Assembly: GCA_030704615.1 (NCBI GenBank)
Contig: CM060733.1
Coordinates: 25,296,001-25,360,000 of the forward strand
Direction: 5' to 3'
DNA length: 64,000 nucleotides
DNA from: Takakia lepidozioides
Taxonomy: Eukaryota > Plantae > Bryophyta
This document shows, in pieces, positions 24,301-37,084 of this stretch. The notes beneath the pieces are model-generated. The model had not been told where the DNA came from and did not search any database. It saw nothing but the letters and a program-made list of their open reading frames with translations. The stretch's first letter is position 1. The number at the start of each line of letters is the position of its first letter. The position numbers and the translations under genes are program-made.

Positions 24301-26653
24301 TATGCCTCCAATGACATTTGGGGAGGGGAAACAATCGCAATGTTCAGGTCCTTCAAAGTCTGATCCAGCACAATGACGGCGCGCTTTTCGAGCTGCAAAT
24401 AGTATATTTGTCAGAATTGCAAAAAAGATACACATCACATACTTGAAGAGAAGAAACAGCATGTTCGAATACACACCTGACTCCAAAATGTAGCCTTGTG
24501 GAGCCAGTTATCAAACACCAAATCACTGATTCCTTCCACCTTTGTGCCAGGCTGTATGGTGCTCTTTGGGAACTGATTCAAGTCCTTTACTGTTTGATCT
24601 GAGTTCCATATCTCCAGCCACCTTATTTTTGTTTGTGGGTCGACCATCGATATGGCCAGCCGGTGCAATTTCTCCTGCTGCATCTCCGGATGCACATGCT
24701 TGTCATAGTGTGTTTTGATCTGCTGAAGGAACTCAGGACCAAGTCCAGGATCTACTATTCTAAGCTGCTTTCCGAAGGCTGACATCAATTTGGTTCTTCG
24801 CATTTCAAACTCCTTCTTTATTGCAGCTTCCACACCCTTTGATGTCCTTAGTTCTTCTGGTGTAGTGCGGTAATATTCGGATTTTCCCTTCTCAGCTGCC
24901 TCTGCCAGTTCTTGCTGCATTCATTCAAGTAGTGATTAGCTCCGAAGGGACTACAAACATGTATTCGAAAAGTAAACAGATTACAGACTCGGGCTTACCG
25001 CATACATGTACTCCAGAAACGCCTCTCGTGTCAAAGAATACCAAGTGCCTGCAGCTCTTCCTGTTTCGCACTTCTTGATGATATTGGGTGGTAGTACTGT
25101 CCGAAAATCATCCAGCTTCATCAGACCAATCCTCTGAATTCGGAATAGTGTGTGAACCAAGCTTGTTGTCACATGCGATTTCTCTGTCGATCTGCAAAAA
25201 CATTGGAAACATTGCATTCCTTAACACTGTTTTTTGAGGATTAACAAGACACTACAGAGGGAATGAAATCTCCTGGATGACTTACTTGTTCACGTCGTGC
25301 ATAGCTGTAAGAAGCCTAGCGATGTCGTTTCCTGGATCCAAAACCATTGCCTCCACAGCAACATGCTTGTCTTTGTCTTTCGAATGGTGTTTCTGAATGT
25401 ATCCCATCCATGCCAGCAATCGGTGGTTGCCGTCCCAGACGTAGAACATGTGGTTGCAGAATTGCTGGGTGTTCTTTCCCATCATGAGGCCCAGCTCGAA
25501 CTCCTCATTGGCATCTTTCCAGCACTCATCCCAGTTATCACTGATCTCTGGAGACACTAATGTGCTTTTCCCATTTATATCCGTCAGTGACACATAAAAA
25601 ACTTGTGCACCAAGTCTATATCCATGCACAAAATCACTCTCCAATTTTGTTATGTCATGGGAAAGAGGTGGACGCACAACAGGCATTGATATCATCCGGC
25701 ACAGAGGTATGTCCAGACGCCCTCCAGATACGAGCATGTCCCTTATAACCTCCTGAGAGTTTACCTTCTGGAATGACATGAGTTCTTTCACCTTGTCAAG
25801 GTAGTGCACTTCGGATTCATCTGCTTCATCTGTATTCTCTGAGCTTTTTGCGGACTCGTCCCCATCTCCAGATCCTTTCCCCTCTGATCCTGTAGGCTTC
25901 GACCTCACAGTTTTCTGCACGATGCCATTCAGTTCTGACTGAGTGATTTGCAAATAGTGAATGGCGGTAACGACCATCACTCTGTATCAAGGAAACTCAC
26001 CATGAATGGTGTGAAAGAATTCAGCACAATCTACACATGCAAAGCTGAGACTGCCGTATTCAAAACAAAAGCGAGAGCGATAGCGAACGGCGTTAACGAC
26101 AATCACAAAAGATAACGACCTGCCGGATCGGTGTTGTGTAATGACATACATGTGCAACTGATTGGCGGCAACGACATTCAGTGTAGTTTAGGGAGAATAG
26201 TAAGTGCAGACTCTCTCTTCAAACACATAGGTACATAAATCTCATGAGGAGAATCGAATGGCGTTAACGACGCTCGCGATTCAGTAGTTCCTGCTAAAGA
26301 AGGAAGAGGAAGGACTCCTTGAAAGGCAATCAGACAGACTATATGATAAAACTTACTGGCACCTTCTTAGGTTTTGAAATTTGATCCCCTTCTGCAGCTT
26401 TCCTCTTCCCTCTCACATCTGCTGGAGTTTCTGTCTGCGCAAGGGTTTCTTGACCTTCTCCAGGTTCGGCGTTCCGCGTGCTTCCACCTTCTTCAGTGTC
26501 CCTGCGAATCATCTCTGCCTCCACAGGCTGGCGCACTCTTATCGCCGACTGTGTCGCAGCCGCTGCCTCAGTCTCCGTCTGCTCTTGTGAATCAGTCTCC
26601 GCGTTCACCTGCTGCCTTGGCCCTGTGTTCTCCAACAAACGACGCCTCGTCAT
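21348..26653 (-). CDS. ParB-like domain + beta-class DNA amino-methyltransferase (N6A/N4C type) fusion, about 1,090 aa, 9 exons; transposon cargo
   Basis: Approximate exons: 26653-26357, 25938-25286, 25192-24999, 24914-24477, 24392-24166, 23221-22570, 22456-22118, 21922-21637, 21541-21348, all GT-AG and phase-consistent (the exon 4 acceptor is weak). ParB/Srx motif FYVWDGNHRLLAW. MTase motif IV-like ADIVILDIPDG...FLSDAGTLLLF precedes motif X/I EKSPAFMQILLESCS...VVDLSVSTGATYHACKAGGRSLFGMEGD, which is the beta order. Confidence 0.78.
23363..24085. repeat. Array of seven 22-bp palindromes (TGAATGTCGTCAACGACATTCA) in intron 5 of the ParB-MTase gene
   Basis: Copies start at 23363, 23469, 23630, 23737, 23832, 23943 and 24064. 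Confidence 0.9.
25958..26276. repeat. Four degenerate copies of the same 22-bp palindrome in intron 1 of the ParB-MTase gene
   Basis: TGAATGGCGGTAACGACCATCA (25958), CGAACGGCGTTAACGACAATCA (26084), TGATTGGCGGCAACGACATTCA (26159), CGAATGGCGTTAACGACGCTCG (26255). Confidence 0.75.
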
Positions 26654-27504
26654 TTTCTCTCTTGCTCTGCGTCTCTCTCTAAGGGAAGTAAAATAAAGAG
26701 ACGTTCTTCTCTTTCGTATTCTAGAAGGAACCCTCTCCAGCTTGACTACACTCCTCCCCTCTAACGTCGAAAATGTAGAAAAACGGCATGACTCCCGATT
26801 TCTTGCGGGATTGCCTGCGTCCTGCGTGTTCTAGAAGCATCGGATTTCCCTCCCGCGTGACCGTTACACTAGTCGTTTCCTATAGTGCACATTGCCAGCA
26901 ATTTTATCAGGCTGTCGTATTCAGTTATGGATGTCTGACGTGTCGCCAAAAAAAAACGGCGTGTTCTTTAATTTAGAATCGGTTTCAATATTTAAAAGAA
27001 CAGCGAATCCCAGAATTGATGCGCAGTCTTAAACAAATAAATATACATGAACGAGAGTTTGATGACAAATTTTGGAATATCATACACGGTCATCCTTGTT
27101 AGCCAAACCCCACATTCGTTTCACATTTGGAACTTTCCAGTGTGCGCATGATCATTGTTAGTAGTATATAGATACATTTACTTAATCTGCAATCCCATTC
27201 TCAGATCCTGTGGCATGCTTCCAGGAAGTCGGCTTTGTTATTGGGTTTATTTGATGAGGTTCTGATTAACGGTTAACAGTTGCCGACACTGCCCCTATGG
27301 ATACTCTGACCACTGGGCCAAAGAAAAGTAATTAAAAATGGACGGCTGCATATCTGGAATGAATAACAGAATATGCACAGTCGTTATCTGAGCTTCCTCC
27401 GCCATATTCTCTGCTTCATTCTTCAACTGTGTTCTGGAGACAGCAGTAAACCGATTTACACTAGATCTGCGATAGCAAGGTACAAACATACTCGAGGAAG
27501 GAAG

Positions 27505-30500
27505 ATGGCTTCCTCTGAAGCGGAGTTCTTCTTAGACGACAAACCAGTGCCGTTCTCCCAGGAAGTCCTTGACAATGGATTTGCAGTTGTTCTGGAACAT
27601 GTCTTGGCTACCCGTTTTCAGCTGCAGAATGGCTCCATCTTTTTGGAGAAAGAGGTTTACGATCTGAAAGGGAAGTTGGTGAAATATTCTTTCCAAAACC
27701 GTGATGAGACGCTCATATCAGCCAGTGGAGAGTGCGTCCTGGTCGATACAGAGTACTCGGAGAGCCTCGGCGAAAGTCCCTTGGGTCATATGTGACGCCC
27801 GGGACTGCTGCTTCGGTCGTTGAAGACAAGAGGGAGGTGGTGGTGAAAAAAAAACAGACTTCCTCCACTCCAATCGTTGAGCTTTCGGATTCTTCCGATG
27901 ATGACATAAGTGAAATTCCAAATCCAGTCCTTCCTACTGTGGTTGCAGAAGCTGATGAAGAAGAGATTTGTAGTGTCATTCCAAAATTGCGGGCGATGGG
28001 AGGAATGGCTGGATTCAAAAGTGAGTTGCGGGGAATTGATTGGGAATCTTTGAAGCAGGTGCCTGTGAAGTTCTTGCCGGAGACTTTTGATGGCGATATC
28101 CTATTCGAGCTGCCTCCTCCTCCGCGAGTTGGAGGTGTAACAATCATGATGCATGGAATGGACAAGAAACACGACGGGCACCCGTGGTGCAGAACAAAAA
28201 CATCCAATATTCAGAATGATGACAAGCTTGTTTTCAGGAGGACAGTTTGCAATGGACACCTTAGGTGTGATAATTTGAATTGCAGACACTTTCTTCAGTC
28301 TGGGGTTCATAATCAAAGCAAATGGGAGGTCTGGCGGAAAATCCATTTCAGCCTGGGACTGCCCCTCCACCGGCAAACACTTTCGTCTGCAAATTTTGCA
28401 AACTTGTGCCATCCTGTTTGGCACTCTGCGGAGCAAGAATGTACTATGTTGTCCACCGTTTGAATACAATGACGAGAGCTTGTGTGCATTTTGGATTCCA
28501 TAACCATCCTGTCTCGAAGGGGGATTACAGGGAGAGTGTTGAGACAGTATCGAGGTTGATCAAACAGGAGTTCGGGAGAAACCCATCCGCAACAACATCT
28601 GCAATTGCTCTTGGCGCAAGCAAGTCCTTCTTGGAAAGCCATATTTTGAGTGAAGGAGATTCTGTGGGGACTAAACTTGACGGTGCAGCATTGGACCTGG
28701 TCATGGATCATTTCTCCACTTTAAGTTCACCTAACATTCGGCATCAGATCAATGCATTGAGAATGGGCTCTGGGATCAGAGGCTACATAGACAATATTTT
28801 GGAATTGAAACGAGTGAGCAAGTACGATTACATCCAGGACAATGTATTCCCAGGTCAAGGTGCCATCAAAGTTTTTCTTTTCAAAATGTCGACTGTTGGG
28901 GAGGGCAGTGGGGTTAGCCTCGTGAAGCGGATGCAGAAGACTGGGGACTTTGCAGAACTGTTTTCTTATGTTTGATCATGTGAAACGAGTGAAGGATTGG
29001 ACGACAATGGCTTGTCATGTCTACGATCCAGTGTACCAACGAGTTATGACAATTGCAGTTTGTGACATGCAATCCGAGGATACGGAATCCCAGAAGCTCA
29101 TGTGGAATTCCCTGATACGTGTCATGGGCTGCCATGGGCTGCCATCTCCAAATTTCGCAGGTTTCATGGCGGATAGTGCTCAAGGAAATTTCAATGCTGT
29201 TCGTATTGTCTTCGGATCGGGCGACCCAAAAGTGCCTATGCCAGGAAGATAGCGTACATGTCTATTCCATTGGACACAATCTCTGGAAAAACATACAAAG
29301 TCGGACATCAAACCAGAGATGCAGACTCAGCACCGTAAATTGTGCAAAGAGTACAAAGATGCTAGAACAATGAAGGAGGCGGACACTTTGTTCCAGACAA
29401 TTCGTGCCTGGTGGTTCTCTTCTGGAGCTGCATCACTTGAGAGTATGAGAGCATTGGAAGATTGGCTGGCGTTTTGGCACTTCCGGTATAGACAGTGGGG
29501 AGCAGCCATGACAATGGTACGAGGCTTTTATTTCATGCTTTATTCATACATTTGCTTTCCATATTTTTGACTCATTGCTTTCTTTATGTTGTTTCCTGTG
29601 CACTATTCTGAAGTGTGGTTATCCTCTTTGCAGAACATGTCCATTGAGGAAATGGCGGACATGCCATCTTGCAATTTGGCAGAAACTGTGCACAATGCAT
29701 GGTTGCAGCAGTCTGGGAAACGAGGTCGGGATTTGTATGTGGCAACAACAGATGATTTGATACGTGCCTTGCAACAACAAACCCGATACCGTGATTTCTT
29801 ACGAGGTGGGGTTGGTGGCAAGGGTCCGGACAAATGGGAGTTGATGTTGCGTGCTGCAAACAGATCTGGGGATCCAATCAAGATAGCACGGGCGGTGAGC
29901 ATGTATGCCCAGGGAACGCCACTTGTTTCTAGAGTTCCACATCTTGAAGGGGAGGAGAGATTCGGCTCCTGTAAGAGGAAATTGAACACTCCACCTGGTT
30001 CGGATTCAGATTCCCACAGGGCAGACCGTGATAATTTCTCGAAGCCTCGTGTTCCCCTGCATGACAGCTCCATGTCCGGAACCTCCATTGTGGAGGAACC
30101 TCCAACACGACGGCAAGCTCCAGCATCAAACCGTGCCACTGAAATGGTGCAGGAGAGAAACAACCCCTTGATGTGCTTGAGTCCGCATGCCCCGACCACG
30201 TTTGGCACATAGAACGCACAAGTGTCGGGTCTCGTGTGAAATGTACAGCGATCAGGGCAACTAATTTCGAGAAGTGCACTTCATCTATATCCAGAGGTGG
30301 TGCCCGAACTCCTGCTCTGACTTTCACGGGCTTGATGCGTCCATACGGTCAACCAGAAGCCAAGAACCACAAGTTCTGGTTCTGCGCAGATGATTGTGCC
30401 AGATGTGTGCATGGAACTGTGCGTCCTTCCGTAGTGATGAAGCCATCTCCTCCAACCGTTTGGCCCGTGAAGGTGGGAACACATCTCAGCTTTCAGGAGA

Positions 30501-31018
30501 TTGAAATGCTGGAGGAGGCAGGTTTTTCCCTCGCGAGACAACCCCAACTCCATGCATGTGCTACTACTTCTGCGTCCTCCTGGGTCCCCCCGGCAAATCC
30601 TGACTTGTGGCCAACCAAACGAGATGGAAAGCTCGTTCGGCGTTTCCCTCCAACCGCTGAACACTTTGGCAAAGTGGAGTCCGCAAGAATGCTCCAAGCT
30701 CGTGTCGGAAGCACCACGGAAGTACCCGATCCAGGATATGGTCGGGTATTCACAATCATCACTTCCACATCTGCTGTTCATGACAGGACCTACGACATCA
30801 CGGTTTCCAATTTCCCCAATTGCACATGTCCTGATTTTGTGAATATGCTATCAACCAGTTTGGGCAAGAGAGGTAAATTCATACCCTGCAAACATTTGTA
30901 TTTCATATTTTTGAGGAGGATGGTTTGCGATCCCAAACGTGACAACTTCATTCACCAGGCCACTATGAGTTTCAACGAGGTCGATACTCTTTTGCAGCGG
31001 GATACAACACATGGGTAG
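27505..31018 (+). pseudogene. Mutator/MULE-type transposase with GCM-like Zn domain, DDE core and C-terminal SWIM finger; disrupted
   Basis: GCM/WRKY-like WCRTKTSNI...CNGHLRC...CGARMYY...HFGFHNHP. DDE motifs FDHVKR, FMADSAQ, CLFHW and NLAETVH. SWIM CTCPDF...CKHLYFI. Intron ~29517-29633. Frameshifts near 27740, 28325, 28950 and 30170, and a TAG at 29250. Confidence 0.82.
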
Positions 31019-32379
31019 CATGAACTATGTAATATGGTATGTGGATGACCATGATTTGAAATGTGTAACTCACATCAATTCGTCGGCTGTGCAATGATAT
31101 GGCCTCCAACTATACGGAGTGAGCTCTGAGTGACAACTTTTAGGTAGTGCACATTTGTCATTGCACCGTTCGAAGTCTACATGTCTTGCTGTCGCTATGC
31201 ACTACAATCATCTTTTGAAGATGATCATAACTCTCATTGTTATTTGAGGAGGGAGGAAGTCTTCTCGTGGCAGCCTTTATGGCGCACACTTTGAGAGGAT
31301 ATTTTGTCGTCTTCGTAATTGTTTGAAACAAGCATTTGTAATTGCACAATGTTGGATGCTGCAATTGTAGGCCTCAACGCTCGTCTTGATTCTATTTAGG
31401 CAAGATTCCCTGCATTAATTCCACGGTCATAGGACCATCCACGGTTATAGGCGGCGCATGTTAATGCTGACGTGGCAGTTGACGGACAGTGCCACGTCAT
31501 CATTTACCGCCACATCAGCATGCTGACATGACGCTCACGCCACGTCAGCGTGTGTGCAGGCTCACGCCACGTCACTCCTGCGTGAGCGTACGCTCGCGCG
31601 CTCACGTGCAACGCTCACGCCATTGCGTCGTTGTACAAGTACTTTAGAGTAACCAGGCAGCCAAGCTCTGGTGGAGATTCTAGGTCTGGACATGGAGAAA
31701 GAGATGCAAAGCCACAAACCTATGTGAAAGTAAGGCAGGCTTGACTTCTAAACTTGAGCTATTGTAAGGCCGAGCCGATGACTTCAAGATATGATTCATC
31801 ACCGTCAGGGTTACACCACCACTACGTGTAAAAACCAGAAGAGAATCGGCGGATATGCATGAGGAGCACTCTTGTGGTTCGCGGGGAAGCAGGGGTTACA
31901 TAGATGATCCTTCAGTACGAATCTAGCAAATTAATTACAGGCGTACAGCGCGTCAGAATCACCCTACAAGCTTCATTCCGTCAAATTAGAAAGAGAACAC
32001 CGGAGGGGACTTACAACACGTTAAAAGAAGGTAAAGATGTGATGCCGATATCCAGCTCTTCTATCTCACCCTCACAAATTCACCCGCAGTCTCAACCGTT
32101 GCTGATGAGCAACACCCAGTAATAGTGGACGGTAATTCACTGCAGAAATCGCATATTATACTGTCGAAGAAGTTCCTCTGATAAATGAAAACCCGCGCAG
32201 CTGCACATGGAGTCCTACTTGCTCATGATCGCATAGCAGGCGGTAGTATCTGCAACCTACGAGCTCATACGCCTCTCACTTTTGCATCCTCAGACCCTCC
32301 TATCCAGCTTGTTGTCTCTATCAGTCCAGGCATCACGGATTACGACATTGAAGAGGTGCTTGTGAAGGCCGTCACAAAT

Positions 32380-32917
32380 TGAGGTTAACTTTATATGGAC
32401 CAGGAGTCTTATAACGTCCCTGTGAGATTAAACCTACGATAGGCTTGGCAGGATGTTGAACGGTTCAGCAATCGTCGACGGCTGTCTAGGGGAGGTGATG
32501 GGGATGTCACATGAAACAACAGGTGGTGGCAAGCTCCCGTTGATCAAGACCAAAAGCTACATATGAAAATGGTAGAGAAGTGGACAAGGAGGAGATTAGG
32601 GATTCTCTTCTTCTGGTTTTTCCCTAGATAAGAGAACTCGTAGACGTTGGTTGTACAAAGTGTGGCAGACAGAACGGCCATGGTGAACAGTGTCTACGAG
32701 TAGGGAAGACAGATGATATAGAAGATGATGCATGGTGTGGAGGCTGGGAGGACTGGATATATTCCAGTACCATGTGCCATCGTTGTGAATTCATATTGTA
32801 CCTGTCCAGGGAGTTTTAGATTGTTGGGACTCAAGCGGATATTTGGCGTGAGGTGCTATCGTGTAATTGTACATGACTGGAATGAAGAAAGGTATTGTGA
32901 GCACTAAGTGTGTGACA
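32380..32917 (+). mobile_element. 3' end of an LTR retrotransposon: polypurine tract + LTR (32505-32917)
   Basis: AGGGGAGGTGATGGGGA lies immediately before TGTCACA...TGTGACA termini. No matching TSD was found. Confidence 0.6.
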
Positions 32918-33185
32918 GGAATGTGGCAAGAGCCACTGTGGGCTCTACTTGGCACTGTGTGATAATCTGCCCAAAGTCTTTGAGCTTTTGCATTGTTGAT
33001 TGGGCCAAGAATTAGCTGGGAACAGACGGTGTGCAAAGAAGAGAAAGAAATCGATTGTCAGAGCTTTACAGGTCAAAAATAGAATACTCCAATGAAGAAG
33101 AAGAAGAAAAGAAAAATCAAATAGACCTGAACTATGAAGGGCTATTTGAGCCTGTAGGAACTAAAAGACTGAGGAATGTAAGATC

Positions 33186-34920
33186 TTGATATCAGAGCGG
33201 ATTTCGACCTTTTGAGATTTGTGGTTTATGAGCCAACTGACGTTGGCTTTGGAAGCTCGTTGCTTTAGTGGAATATAACCTCCAAGAGTAGGAGTAGCAC
33301 ATCTCCAGAGTCGATGGAGGGAGAGACAAGCATTTGTGAGGCAGTAGCTAGTGGAGTGAAAGAGGGCATAGCTGTTGTTGGCAGGAGACCTACAACAAAT
33401 CCAACTCCACCGGCGGTGCCACCCGACCAGCAAGCGGTAGACCAACCAGTAAGTGCTCCCCATAATGATTTGCATGCAAGAACTATGACAAAAAGAAAAG
33501 AGGCTAGAGGTGGTTCTGCCTCTGTGCATCCTCACATGATAGCCGCTCCATGATGGCAAGGGATTCTAAGAGAAGAACGGTTGACAAGGAAATTAGGAAG
33601 ATGACGCATCTTCCTGATTTCCATGGTCACCCAAATGTGCCTTGCACTGAGGTGCTGTCTTTTCTGGAGACTCTGGAAGAGTTCTTTAGTGAGGACTATA
33701 CAGATGCAGATAAGATCCACACAGCCTCATTACAAATGAGAGGCAAATCTAAAGAATTGTGGATTAGAATAAAAGAGAAGCCGGGTCTGGAAGAGAGAGT
33801 GGATCCAATTACCACATGGGCTAAGTTCAAGTGGGTCTTTAAAGAATAGTACCTGCCTGAGGATTATGCGCATAAGATGAAGATGGGCTTGATGGAACTT
33901 AGCCAGGGAAGAATGAGTGTGGCAGACTACAAGGTGAAGATTGACGAACATGCTTCGTACTTCTATTCCTTGAAGGAGTCTGACAGGGTGGATTTCTTCC
34001 TGACTGGGCTAGATAAAGCAATCAGATTTTTGGTTCAGGCATACAAGCCAAAGACAGAGGCTAATGCATATAGACTAGCTATCAATTTTGAGAGTCAGCA
34101 CATGGCACATCAAGGTACAAGTGCACCTACTGACAAGGATTTCAAGCCGAAGTCATTCCTTTTTGGTGAAGGTCAGAAAAGAAAGAACTGGAAAAGGTTC
34201 AATAAGAAGACAAGAAGGACTGAGCCTCGGGGTAATCAGAAATTTGGGGCTCCAGCAACCAAACGTCTATCAGAGAAGGAACAAGAAGAACACCAACGGT
34301 TGGGTCAGTGTTTCATCTGTCATGAAAAAGGCCATCGGGCGTTTGAATGTTCCAAACGCGTACAACGTGCAGCTGCAGCTGTGATTGTGCAAGAGGTTGA
34401 GAATAAGATGGATATGGATGCACCTGGGATGAGCAAAGGTAAACAGTTGAGGATCTCAGCGGCTGTGATGGGTGAGGAGATAGATTATAATTCCATAGTC
34501 ATACGATTGAATGGTCAGGTGGGAAGAAAGACCACGACTGTTTTGATTGACCCAGAAAGCAGCCATAACTTCTTGTCTCAAAATTTTGCAAACAAGTGCA
34601 AGCTGCAGTTAATGGAGGTTGGCGCCAACACCATTCTGTTGCCTAATGGAGATACATGATCTAGCAACAGTATGAGCTTGGATGTCCCTGTCACAATGCA
34701 AGGGGTCACCACTGTGGCGGATTTTGAGGTCTGGGATGGTGTGAGGTACGACGTCATTTTGGGGATGCAGTGGCTGGCATCTGTGGACGCTCAAGTGGCA
34801 TGCCGAGATTGCTCAGTGGAGGCGGTGTTGCCTGGTGGTAAGCGATTCAAGCTTACAGGTACAAGAGCCCTACCCAATGATCCCTTGTTGTCAGTCCTTC
34901 AAAAAAGTGAGTTAAGAACC
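33186..34920 (+). mobile_element. Truncated Ty3/gypsy gag-protease pseudogene with a mutated iMet PBS
   Basis: TGATATCAGAGC PBS-like site at ~33187. Gag LPDFHG...TWAKFK, LSQGRMSVADY, FLTGL and knuckle CFICHEKGHRAFEC. Protease VLIDPESSHNF...YDVILGMQWL. In-frame stops at 33847 and 34657. Confidence 0.85.
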
Positions 34921-37084
34921 TCCTCCTTTTTTTTGAACTAAAGAGACAAATTATCAGGTTGATTTTTCGAGAGAGTCACAAACTACACGTGCTTAAAACT
35001 GCAACTTCTACCGACAACAACGGGAGCTGCCGTCGATGATCACGGCTTCACATCGATCCAAAAACTGGGCATTCTGAAGCCAATTTTCCACTTGCTTTCT
35101 GCGAATTGATGTCGATTGCCATCCACCAGCCTTAATGACCCAGTCCCAGGGACCAGGCATGCATGACCATTGACTATAGTATAGTACAGAAAGGGCCTTG
35201 GGAATCAGAGGGATCAGTTGTATAAGTATAATAAACTACACTCAACAAGTGAGGCCTCAAGGAGTAAATGTGGCTGACCAATCTTCACCCTCTAGGAGTG
35301 GACCCACCCTTGGACCCTCCAACAGAGTGGCTTGTGAGGTGACCCCATGGGCCATACTAGCATGGCCCATGCATGCATTAAAGACCTTAATTTTAAAAAA
35401 ATGAGTGTCTTGCTTCTATCATTGATGGGTCTGCATACTAAGCTACTTTGTGCATCCACCATTTCTGGAGAGTATTTTACTATTGGCTATGATGTACTGT
35501 TGAGGCATTTCCTGTGGCATATCAAATATCAACCTCTCAATAGCCCCTAGTGGGTCGTACCCAGCAACGTCCGGGGAGAACCGGCAGCCAGTTACATGCT
35601 AGCCGACTGAATTCCAGAATTTCCGAATGAAATATGAAACCTCAGGAAATGGATCCGAGGGAAAAAATGGCCGAAGTGGAAATCAACCGGGTGCCCTACT
35701 TTTAGGAAGGATATTTGCCTTTCCATTTCATTACAGACAGGAAATCTGCCTTAGTTGGCAAGGCCTGGACGGATTCCGGCCCTTCTTATATTACAAAAAA
35801 TGGAAATGGCCGTCGAAGTCGACCACATGGCAGAAATCCAACGTGCCAGGCCGGGTTACATCCAAGGAAGGGCGTTTAGGTGAAAAAATATTGAACTCAA
35901 AGAGGGCGGGCCCGCGGGCAAACCCTACTAAGTCTGGACGTTGCTCTGGCAGCCCCAGCCCCACGCCTGCTTGCACTCGCTGCCTGCTATCACAGCTCAC
36001 CTGTCCACGCGGGTTCAATTCTTGGCCTCCATGTGGTTTGAAGGCATTGACAGGTCCAACTTCTGTAAGGATACAATGTTCTTCACTTGTTTGAATTGCT
36101 TAAAACTGGTTGTGATTATTTATTATTATTATTATTTACTTATTGTTGTGCATTTGACACTTGTGTTGTCAACCGGCTGATATTTATAAGGGCCGGATTT
36201 ATAGCTGAACACAAAATAAATCATTAGGAATATTACCGGTTGTAAAGAAATTATCTTGGAAATTGACCGGGTATAGTTACCACTAAGGGGCAGCAACCGA
36301 GTGCCCAACCCACTTAGCCGATTGCTGCTGGGAATGAGCGGCTACTGGCTGGTTCAACTGAAATTATTTCCCAGACGCTGGTACCCAGCATAGCTTGAAA
36401 GTCCGCTCATAATTGCACTTGACTGCAGCAGTTAATGAGTGAATTTGGGGGGGGGGGGGGTTCACTGTCAAGCAGAGTGTGGATAGGGAGCTTCTTCCGA
36501 GCTTGAAGATGAAAGTCAATGTGATTTGGACTGAAGTAGAAGTCGATTCGAAGTAGCTATGCACAAGTCTGTTCAGTATCTTAAATTTGGAAATGTACGT
36601 ATGTTTGAACTTCAGATAGCGCCCTCGACTTGCATGAATGCCGTCAAAAGCTAGCGTTAACCTAATCCCGTGGTGGCCACAAGTAAGTTCGCATAGTGGT
36701 TGTATTTGTATTTGGGCATGTTTCAGTTCAAGGTTGGGGTCTAGTCCACCCACATTTGCCTTGGAATTTCGGAGCATGTATGAAAGTATGAAACAATTGT
36801 AAAATATTGACCAATTGTCTGTAGTTCCATGCCAGGATCACCGATACTGCTTGTGTTAAAGGATGCTATAAAACCACTTTGCCTGGCTGTCCACATCATA
36901 TTGCAAGTATCCTTGCAACTGCGTCCCAGCCAAGCCAACATGTTCAAGCGGTGGTTTGCAATTGAAGTGCACTCCTTTGGCCACTTTTTGAGTTTCCAAT
37001 GCTGATGTCGAGCTCTATCTCACTCTAAATGGGACACACTAGCAGTCCCAGAAATATATCCCACAAACCCGATCAGATTATTAT

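Larger units (their letters stand above)
20321..31633. mobile_element. Full-length 11.3-kb Mutator-like DNA transposon with two divergent genes
   Basis: 9-bp TSD TACGAGTAC (20312-20320) / TACAAGTAC (31634-31642). Imperfect TIRs share GGCGTGAGC..CACGTGAGCGCG.GAGCG. Subterminal GCCACGTCA repeats occur at both ends. A MULE-type transposase lies inside. Confidence 0.85.

Noticed and set aside
31700-32380. Short plus-strand ORFs (31904-32122, 32185-32382), possibly a coding relic
   Set aside because: No family could be assigned by eye.
35550-36390. Possible MITE with CCCAGC/GCTGG-type inverted ends
   Set aside because: The TIRs are too degenerate and there is no TSD or second copy in the window.
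36400-37000. Possible further ankyrin remnant on the minus strand
   Set aside because: Only vague similarity, with many stops.
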